A stretch of DNA of 64,000 nt from assembly GCA_963642245.1 (NCBI GenBank), contig CAVIFY010000002.1:15345-79344 (forward strand), given 5' to 3'. Below are positions 1 through 9,898 of this stretch, one piece after another (position 1 is the first letter of the stretch; each line of letters begins with the position of its first letter). The notes under the pieces are model-generated. The model ran no database searches. It saw only the letters and a list, made by a program, of their open reading frames with translations, and was not told the DNA's origin. The position numbers and the translations under genes were made by a program. This stretch comes from Bifidobacteriaceae bacterium (GTDB lineage: Bacteria; Bacillota; Clostridia; Oscillospirales; Acutalibacteraceae).

Positions 1-1
1 G

Positions 2-565
2 GCCAACTACGGCCTGCCCAATATCCCCATCAACTCTGCGTATGCCAATCAAACGGATATTCTCATTGACACCAAGTATGCCTCCGTTGGCGCCACCACG
101 GCGGACTATGGCAAGACCTTAAAGCGCACCGGCGCCCATGTGTCGCCGGACCGCATTGTGGACGCCTCCACCTGCGCCCTGCCAGACAACACCTGGTTCT
201 TTAAGGGCGTGGCCCATGTGAACTTCTGGTACGACAGCCAGGCCTCTAAATTCCTGGCCGGGCTGATCACCAACCCGGAGAAAAAGCAGTCGGTTCAGAC
301 GGTGAAAACCGCCACCGGCAACGGCCAATTTGTAAACACGGACGAAAAGCAAAACATCGTTCCCTTTAGCACCGACAGCGGCACAAACAGCAGCGGTACA
401 AAGAACGCCATTCCCATGAATACCGCAGCCGCAACCGCTAAGTCCCCTGCTACCGGCGCCCATTGGAGCCTGGCTGTGGGCGGCAGCGGCCTGGCCGCCT
501 CCGGCGTGCTCTTTGCCCTGCATTCCCTGTTTGCCAAAAAGAAGAACGACACAGCAACCAAATAA
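2..565 (+). CDS. Cell-surface protein, C-terminal fragment (5' end outside window) with SPxTG-type sortase sorting signal
   Basis: The frame is open from the window edge. It is the same frame as listed ORF 140..565, with no stop between base 2 and 140. The C-terminus is SPATG (443..457), then the hydrophobic stretch AHWSLAVGGSGLAASGVLFALHSLF, then the basic tail AKKKND. A hairpin terminator follows. Confidence 0.75.
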   Translation, partial: ANYGLPNIPINSAYANQTDILIDTKYASVGATTADYGKTLKRTGAHVSPDRIVDASTCALPDNTWFFKGVAHVNFWYDSQASKFLAGLITNPEKKQSVQTVKTATGNGQFVNTDEKQNIVPFSTDSGTNSSGTKNAIPMNTAAATAKSPATGAHWSLAVGGSGLAASGVLFALHSLFAKKKNDTATK

Positions 566-586
566 TACCCATACATAAACCAACGC

Positions 587-617
587 CCCCCTTGTATAAA
601 CAAGGGGGATATTTTTA
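587..617 (+). terminator. Rho-independent terminator
   Basis: The stem CCCCCTTG / CAAGGGGG has a 6-nt loop (tataaa) and is followed by ATATTTTTA. It lies 22 nt after the stop at 565. Confidence 0.75.
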
Positions 618-712
618 CCCAAAACCAAAAATCACAAGCACAGTATCACACCGCGGGCGGATAATATCCGCCCCTACGCCCATTATCTTGCAAATCATAT
701 TCAAAAAATAGC

Positions 713-747
713 GGCTCCCCTTTGTGCAAGGAGAGCCGTGTTTTCTG
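713..747. terminator. Bidirectional terminator-like hairpin, copy A of a 34-nt repeat
   Basis: The hairpin GGCTCCCC-tttgtgcaa-GGAGAGCC has an A-run upstream (tcaaaaaata) and GTGTTTTCTG downstream. It sits immediately 3' of the minus-strand gene ending at 749. 31 of 34 nt are identical to 2271..2304. Confidence 0.6.
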
Positions 748-748
748 C

Positions 749-2131
749 TTATTTTGCCTTTACATTGCGCACATTGGACCAGGCACCGTAGATCTTGTTG
801 CCGTTCACCGTCTTATAGGCGCGCACTTTCACATAATAGCGCTTGCCCTTGGTGAAGTTCTTGCCGGTATAACTGGTCTTTCCCTGGCCGGACACGGTGG
901 TCTTGGACACCACTTTCTTAAAGTTCTTGTCCTTGGCCCAATAGATTTGGTAGCCGCTGGCAGAGCCGCCCACTTTCTTCCAGGTGGCCTTGATCTTATG
1001 GCCGCTCTTGGTGGCACTCAGGCCGGTCAAGTTGGGGGTCGCAGGCTTGGTATAAGCGGTCATATAGACCCAACCGCTGTAATAATTCTTGCCGCCCACT
1101 GTGCGGTATGCCCGCACCCGGTAGGTGTAACCGGCACCGGCGGTCAGACTCTTGTGGGTATAAGAAGTGCTTTTTACCGTTGCCAGGGCCTTATAGCTGT
1201 TGCCGCTCTTGCGCTGCAACTGGTAACCGGTGGCACCGGCCGGTTGGTTCCACGCCAATTTCAGCGAGTTGCTGCCCCGACTGCTCACCCGGAATTTGCC
1301 CGGCTTGCCGACAGAGTAGTTCACCGTTACGCCATACTGGCGACCATAGGCGGAATTATTACCACGCACCTTTACAAAATAAGTTCCTGCAGACAACCCT
1401 TGGGTTGGGAATGTATAATTACCATCGCTGACATAAATGGTTTTATAAGCTACCTCAGAACGATCTCCATTACCTTCATATTTATATAAATAAACGCTCC
1501 AATAACCATCAGCACTTGCCTTGGTATGCGTGATGGTAACGGACACACTGGCTGAGGAATTTAATACAAATTTATACCAGTCATCGTCACTGTAATCCGT
1601 ACAAACTCCATATCTTATTGTTCCCATGGTCAAAGGATCTGCTGTGGCAAAATCATCATTAAATTCCGTTTCCCAGTTGGATACATAAGTGCACTTGGGC
1701 GTTACACTATACTGCCGACCAAGGGGAGAATTATACCCGTAAACCTTAACTAAATATATACCGGCAGGCAATCCCAATGATGAGAAAGTATAACTTCCGT
1801 CATACACATAAACATCTTTATAATCTAATCTTGTATAGTCTCCATTACCTTCATACTTATACAAATATACCCACCAGTAGCCATCTTCATCTGCACGATC
1901 AAAGGAGAACTGCACATTCACCTTGGCAGGAGAAGACAAGGTAAACTTGTACCAATCCGTATCACTATTATCTGAACACACACCATAAATGGTAGAATTC
2001 ACCGGCACATAATCCGCAGAGGAATATTCGTCATTATCCTCTGTTTCATAATAGGTGTCCCCTGCATACGCCGTAAGGCCCACGCTCAAGAGCATCACCA
2101 GGGACAGCGCCAGGCTAAGCACTCTTTTCAT
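749..2131 (-). CDS. Secreted protein: signal peptide + 2 pre-peptidase C-terminal (PPC)-like domains + 2 fibronectin type III domains, no catalytic domain seen
   Basis: I chose the internal ATG at 2131 (MKRVLSLALSLVMLLSVGLTAYA, a signal peptide) preceded by GGAGG. The ORF extension up to 2437 has no SD site. Two tandem ~120-aa repeats (ETEDNDEY...DWYKF...YLYKYEGNGD...GRQY) fit the PPC pattern. Two FN3-like repeats have (W..V.GA.GYQ..., Y.V.AY) motifs. Confidence 0.8.
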   Translation of the reverse strand: MKRVLSLALSLVMLLSVGLTAYAGDTYYETEDNDEYSSADYVPVNSTIYGVCSDNSDTDWYKFTLSSPAKVNVQFSFDRADEDGYWWVYLYKYEGNGDYTRLDYKDVYVYDGSYTFSSLGLPAGIYLVKVYGYNSPLGRQYSVTPKCTYVSNWETEFNDDFATADPLTMGTIRYGVCTDYSDDDWYKFVLNSSASVSVTITHTKASADGYWSVYLYKYEGNGDRSEVAYKTIYVSDGNYTFPTQGLSAGTYFVKVRGNNSAYGRQYGVTVNYSVGKPGKFRVSSRGSNSLKLAWNQPAGATGYQLQRKSGNSYKALATVKSTSYTHKSLTAGAGYTYRVRAYRTVGGKNYYSGWVYMTAYTKPATPNLTGLSATKSGHKIKATWKKVGGSASGYQIYWAKDKNFKKVVSKTTVSGQGKTSYTGKNFTKGKRYYVKVRAYKTVNGNKIYGAWSNVRNVKAK

Positions 2132-2270
2132 ACTTTTGACCTCCAATAGAAATATAATTTGTACTTCCATTGTAGGCAACTGCGCTGCCAAAAACAATAC
2201 GCCGCCAGCGTACACCGGGGCGTTTTTTTGAAAAAATGCAGATTTTTTTATGCTTTGAGCAAAATTATCA

Positions 2271-2304
2271 GCTCCCCTTTGTGCAAGAGGAGCCGTGTTT
2301 TTTG
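2271..2304. terminator. Terminator-like hairpin, copy B of the 34-nt repeat
   Basis: The hairpin GCTCC-cctttgtgcaaga-GGAGC is followed by CGTGTTTTTTG. It lies 3' of the minus-strand GH36 gene (stop at 2319). It is near-identical to 714..747. Confidence 0.55.
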
Positions 2305-2318
2305 TATGGAACCGTGGA

Positions 2319-3997
2319 TTACTTTTCGTCTGCGCCAAAGGCGAAGATCTGGCCGGTGTACACATTGAACTGCATGGTACAAGGACGGTCGCTCTGGGTA
2401 TAATGCACGGTGAGCACATCGCCCTCCTGGCGCACATCCGTCAAGGTAGCGGTATCGGCCAAGGTATCCGCAAACAGGCTGGCCTGCTCCGGCTTATAGG
2501 TGCTCACATCGTCCGAGGTGAAGAGCACGCCACCAAACAGCTGAATGAACTTCGCCAGCAGCGCCTGCTGCTCCTGGGTAAAGCTGATATTGTTGCGCCG
2601 CAGCAGGAACACATCCGGGTCGTTCAGGAACGCCCGGCCGTTCAGCCCACGGCGATACACGCTGTTGAGCACCGCATTGGGGGTAGACACATCTTCCCGG
2701 TGCATACGGCGGCGATAGGCGGTATGAGGCCAGCTAAGGGCCATATCCGCACCGATGCGCATATAGTCCGCCACGCCAAAGCTGGGCAACATCGGCGTGC
2801 CGCAAGCCAGCAGCAGCTTATCCTCGCCCACGCACTCCCGCAGCAGCTCCATAGCGTCATAGGCCACCTGGCCGCGGGTCTTGCCGTACAAGGGCTTTAC
2901 GGAAGCGGCGTACAAAAAGTCCAGCTTCACCATATCAAAGCCCCAGGTATGCAGCACCGTTTGGAACACCTGCTTGATATACGCCCGGGCCTCTTTATGG
3001 TAAATATCCAGGGCATAGAAGCCGCCCCAGTTGGCGCCCACCATCAGGGGGCTGCCCTTTTTGTCCGTCACCAGCCAGCCCGGGTGCTTCTTAGCCAGGT
3101 AGGCATTCTTCTGCACCGCAAAAGGCGCCAGCCAAAGCCCGGCTTTCAACCCCCGCTCGTGAACCGCGTCTGCCACCCGGCGCATACCGAACGGGAACTT
3201 CTTGCTGTCCACAGACAGCCAGTCGCCCACGGCGGTCTGGTAGCCGTCGTCCACCTGGAAGGTGTTGACCCCGGCGCAGGGCGCAATGGCCCGCAGGTCG
3301 TGCATAATGATATTGTGATTGATATTGCTGTAATAGTTGTACCAGGAGGTATAGCCCCGCAGCTTTTCCGTTTGGCGGGGGTGCACGCCCATAGCGGCAA
3401 AGTAGCCGTCAAACACCGCGTCATAACTCCCCTGCTGCATATAGAGATCCAGCACCGGGTAGTCCTCCGTGAGCATCAGCCCCTCCAGGTCCTTAGACAC
3501 AGACAGCACATTGCGGTTCATATCCGCCGTGATCACGGTAAAGCCGGTGCGGTCCGTCAGGGAGCCGATAAAGTCCAGGGTGTCGCCGGTGCGCACATAG
3601 GCAAAGCCGTGGGAATGGAACACGCCCACCTGTTTCTCCTCCGGCACAAAGGTGTAGTCCCCCACAAACCGCATACCAAACCGGCGCCCGGCAATGGACT
3701 TGCCAAAGGTGCCCAGCCCGGGCATACGCTCCGTGGGGCCAAACTCCCGGCTGTCCGTCCAGGACTGAAAACCGTTGGCCATAAAGCGACTGGCCGGGGT
3801 AAACAGGAACGGAAGCTCCAGCACAAAGCTGCGCACCTGCATAGGCGCAGTGGGGTGCAGGGTCACCTGCAAGCGGTGGTCGCTCTCCTGCACCTGCAAA
3901 AGCAGGTCCTCATTGCTGCCGGTGGCCGTCTTGACGGCGCTGCCCAGCTTGTAATCAATATGGTAGGAAAAAGTCATGGGGCGTTTCTCTCCAATCA

Positions 3998-3998
<1 letters not shown>
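2319..3998 (-). CDS. Alpha-galactosidase, clan GH-D (short GH36-type)
   Basis: 559 aa. Motifs seen: FQVDDGYQ..VGDW, GLKAGLWLAPF, MVKLDFLY (K-x-D nucleophile context) and YMRIGADM. The start ATG overlaps the upstream stop (TAATG at 3996..4000). Confidence 0.8.
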
Positions 3999-7102
<3,104 letters not shown>

Positions 7103-7208
7103 TTAGAATCCCCGCCGCAGGCCAAAGGGCAAACTGCGGTCAATAACAGTATAGCGGAAACGGCGGCACTTTTCAATGCAAAATCCGCAAATCACCGGGA
7201 TAATGGGC

Positions 7209-7248
7209 AAAAAAGGAGCAGACCGTCGAACCACCGACGATCTGCTCC
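7209..7248 (-). terminator. Rho-independent terminator of the amidohydrolase gene
   Basis: On the minus strand: GGAGCAGATCGTCG-gtggt-CGACGGTCTGCTCC (14 bp, 1 mismatch) followed by TTTTTTGCCC. Confidence 0.75.
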
Positions 7249-7272
7249 TTTGTTATGCGACACTGTCGCCCA

Positions 7273-8355
7273 TCAGGCAATAAATGTACTGTACAGTTTG
7301 GAGATAAAGCCCCGCAACCGCCGGGCCTGCTTCTCCTTGCGGGTCAATGGAAGATCCCGGTAGCACACGGTGCCGCCCTGCACCTGCACCCCTAAGATCT
7401 CGCCCAGCCGGGGCACCAGGCGCACCGCATTCTCCGTAAACATAGCCCGCTTGTCCCGGTCGTTCAAACCGCTGATCGTCTCCAACCCGCCGGACAGCGC
7501 CAGGCAGCCCACATCCGGGGTATAGGGCGTGTCCGAGCCGTACAGCAAATTCTCCACTTTCACATCCCGCAGCAGAGCGTGGAGCTGCTTTTGCAGCGGG
7601 AACCCGGCCACATCAAAGTACACATGGCGCATATCCCCCTTAAAGTCCAGGGGCACCCCCGGGGTACTTCCCCGCATTTGCACCGAGAAGCCGCCGATCC
7701 GATCGGAAAGAATGGGCAGGAACGCCCCGGCGTGGGGAAAGATCCACTTGATATTGGGATAGCGGCCAAACACATTTTGCATGACCATTTGCATAAAGGT
7801 GCGTGTGGTGTCCATAAAGAACTCCATAGCCGGAATGGGCACATTGCCGTTGACCCCGGCAGGCAGTCCGGCGGGCTTGGTGGGGTGCACTGCCACCACG
7901 GCGCCCCGCTCGTTTAGCACCTCCATCAGCGGGTCATAGGACGGATCGCCCAGGTACACGCCGCCGTAGTTGGTAGACAGACCAAAGCCGTCTGCGTGCA
8001 GGGTGTCCAGCGCATAACACGCCTCCTCCACCGCCGCCTGCGTATGCGGCAAAGGCAGACCGGCAAACAGACCAAATTTGTCCGGGTGGGCGGCCACGAT
8101 CTCCGCCCCCTCCCGGTTGATTTGGCGCACCATCTGCACCTCCGTCTCCTTATCCGCTCGGGATAAATTGGGCGAAGATACAGAGAGAAAAGCAAAGGCC
8201 ACGCCCAGCTTTTCCATCAGCTGCAAGTGGTGCTCCACCGACCACTTGGGGGTGGGAAAGCTGTCCGGCAGCGCGCCCTCGTACCGGGCCAAATAATCAT
8301 AGTATGTAGGGGAAAGATAGTGGGCGTGGAAGTCCACCTTTTGGTTATAGATCAT
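7273..8355 (-). CDS. Amidohydrolase_2 family protein (ACMSD / non-oxidative aromatic-acid decarboxylase-like)
   Basis: 360 aa. The N-terminus carries VDFHAHYL (metal-binding HxH). The later blocks HPTKP, FPHAG and YGSDTPY are typical of PF04909-type TIM-barrel enzymes. AAGGAG lies 5 nt before the ATG. Confidence 0.7.
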   Translation of the reverse strand: MIYNQKVDFHAHYLSPTYYDYLARYEGALPDSFPTPKWSVEHHLQLMEKLGVAFAFLSVSSPNLSRADKETEVQMVRQINREGAEIVAAHPDKFGLFAGLPLPHTQAAVEEACYALDTLHADGFGLSTNYGGVYLGDPSYDPLMEVLNERGAVVAVHPTKPAGLPAGVNGNVPIPAMEFFMDTTRTFMQMVMQNVFGRYPNIKWIFPHAGAFLPILSDRIGGFSVQMRGSTPGVPLDFKGDMRHVYFDVAGFPLQKQLHALLRDVKVENLLYGSDTPYTPDVGCLALSGGLETISGLNDRDKRAMFTENAVRLVPRLGEILGVQVQGGTVCYRDLPLTRKEKQARRLRGFISKLYSTFIA

Positions 8356-8383
8356 AGTCGCTCCTTACAAAGTCACACAGGTG

Positions 8384-8412
8384 TTGCATTTTGTTCGCAT
8401 ATTTAGTATAAT
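8384..8412 (+). promoter_or_regulatory. Sigma-70-type promoter of the TetR gene (TTGCAT-17-TATAAT)
   Basis: TTGCAT is at 8384..8389, the spacer is 17 nt, and TATAAT is at 8407..8412. It lies about 60 nt upstream of the ATG at 8474. Confidence 0.65.
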
Positions 8413-8420
8413 CCGATTAT
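8408..8420. promoter_or_regulatory. Perfect 6-1-6 palindrome ATAATC-c-GATTAT, candidate TetR operator
   Basis: It overlaps the -10 box of the tetR promoter. It sits in the 118-bp divergent region between the TetR and amidohydrolase genes. Confidence 0.5.
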
Positions 8421-8473
8421 CGACTGCAAACAAGCCGCAATTTTGGCAAAAGTGTTGGACTTTGGAGGACAAA

Positions 8474-9043
8474 ATGGAACGACAAAAAGCCGAGTATAAA
8501 AGTGCCGTCCGCTCCCGGGAAAAGCTGCTGGGCGCCTACTTTGCCCTGCTGCAAGAGCGGGAGCCCCGGCAGATCACCGTGGCGGCGTTGGTGCGAAAGG
8601 CAGGAGTCAACCGCAGCACCTTTTATGCCCACTATGAGGATATGCAAGCGCTGATCCGGGCGGTGCACCAACAGCTGACCGACCGGCTGCTGGAAATTCT
8701 CGCCCCGCTGCGGGACCCGCAGATTTTGGCAGCGCCCCTGCCCATACTGGAGCGGATCACCGCCTTTGTTACAGAGAACGAGACCCTGCTGCGTGCCCTG
8801 GCCCGCACCCGCACGGCAGCAGAGCAGATCGCCGGGCTGGAACAGCTGTTTGTGCAGTATATGGAGGCCCAGCCCTATACGGACCGCAGCCTGCCCTACG
8901 CGGTACGCGCCCAGTTTTACGCCGGGGGCGTGGGCCGCACCTACCTGGCCTATCTGCTGGGCGAGCTGCAATGCCCGCCGGAGCAGTTGGCACCGGCACT
9001 GGACCAGCTGATCCGCGCCTCCTCCCTGCTGTTTGGCGGGTAA
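8474..9043 (+). CDS. TetR/AcrR family transcriptional regulator
   Basis: 189 aa from the internal ATG, with GGAGG 5 nt upstream. N-terminal HTH: ITVAALVRKAGVNRSTFYAHY. The longer GTG start at 8381 would run through the promoter. Confidence 0.85.
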   Translation: MERQKAEYKSAVRSREKLLGAYFALLQEREPRQITVAALVRKAGVNRSTFYAHYEDMQALIRAVHQQLTDRLLEILAPLRDPQILAAPLPILERITAFVTENETLLRALARTRTAAEQIAGLEQLFVQYMEAQPYTDRSLPYAVRAQFYAGGVGRTYLAYLLGELQCPPEQLAPALDQLIRASSLLFGG

Positions 9044-9046
9044 GGC

Positions 9047-9784
9047 TCAGTCTCCCTGCGCCCGCCGATACTGCGCCGGGGTGCAGCCGTACCGCTTGCG
9101 AAAAGCGGCGATATAATGGCTCTCGTCCGCAAAGCCCAGGTCATAGGCAATGCGGCGGCAGCCGGTGCCCTCCAGCAGCATAGGCAGCGACGCTTGCAGC
9201 CGCTGCTGCAAAATATAAGCGTGCACGGATACACCCATCTCCCGCTTGAACCGCACGCCCAAGTAATCCTTAGATAGCCCCGCCTCTGCCGCCAGCAAAG
9301 ACAGGGGCATTTTTTCGTGCAAATGGATATGGATATAGTGCACACAGCGGCGCACCGGGGGCGACAGCAGCGCGCCGGACTTGGCAGCCGCCACCGCCTG
9401 CACCAGCTCCGTTGCCCGGCGGCGCAGGCAGTCAATACAGGCGTCCATGGTGTCCAGCCGGTCCACCTCACGCAGGTACGCGTCGCTGAGATGATAGGCG
9501 TCCGTCTCGTCCAGCCCGCCTAAAATGGCATAATGAATGGCAATGGCCACGGTAGCTACTGCCCAGTATTTCACCTGGCGCAGCCGATCGCCGGACATGG
9601 TGCCCACCACAAAGCCGTGGGCCATATAATCCGCAATGGCCCGGTCCATAGCCGTCTCGTCCCCCTGCTCAATGGCGGTACACAGCGCCCGCTCCAGGGC
9701 AAAGGGGGTGTGGGTCTTGCCGCTCTCCCGGGTGTCATACAACGGGTGCGCCGTTGCCGGCAGCACTTCCACTTGATAAGGCAT
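9047..9784 (-). CDS. AraC family transcriptional regulator
   Basis: The C-terminal double HTH is LSLLAAEAGLSKDYLGVRFK ... RRIAYDLGFADESHYIAAFRKRYGCTPAQYR. I prefer the second ATG (9784) because GGAGG is 8 nt upstream. The first ATG (9790) is only 2 nt from the SD. Confidence 0.85.
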   Translation of the reverse strand: MPYQVEVLPATAHPLYDTRESGKTHTPFALERALCTAIEQGDETAMDRAIADYMAHGFVVGTMSGDRLRQVKYWAVATVAIAIHYAILGGLDETDAYHLSDAYLREVDRLDTMDACIDCLRRRATELVQAVAAAKSGALLSPPVRRCVHYIHIHLHEKMPLSLLAAEAGLSKDYLGVRFKREMGVSVHAYILQQRLQASLPMLLEGTGCRRIAYDLGFADESHYIAAFRKRYGCTPAQYRRAQGD

Positions 9785-9898
9785 TTTCATTCCCTCCCGG
9801 TTGGATTATATCGCGTTTTTCTTCTATTTACAACGCTTTTATTATATTTTAAGCGGCGAAAATGTGGTATAGTGCCCATGAATGAAGGAGGAAACGCA

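Noticed and set aside
655-673. A perfect palindrome, GGGCGGAT-aat-ATCCGCCC, in the intergenic region after the surface-protein gene.
   Set aside because: It has no flanking U-tract, promoter or adjacent regulator. With a single copy in the window, no function can be argued.
2132-2437. An N-terminal 102-codon extension of the PPC/FN3 ORF (start at 2437).
   Set aside because: The extension runs through the upstream hairpin repeat and the promoter region. The internal ATG at 2131 has a GGAGG SD and begins a textbook signal peptide.
9533-9898. The upstream part of the 912-aa ORF containing the GH3 gene.
   Set aside because: It overlaps the AraC gene on the other strand and the intergenic promoter. 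The GH3 homology begins at the ATG at 9899, which has a GGAGG SD.
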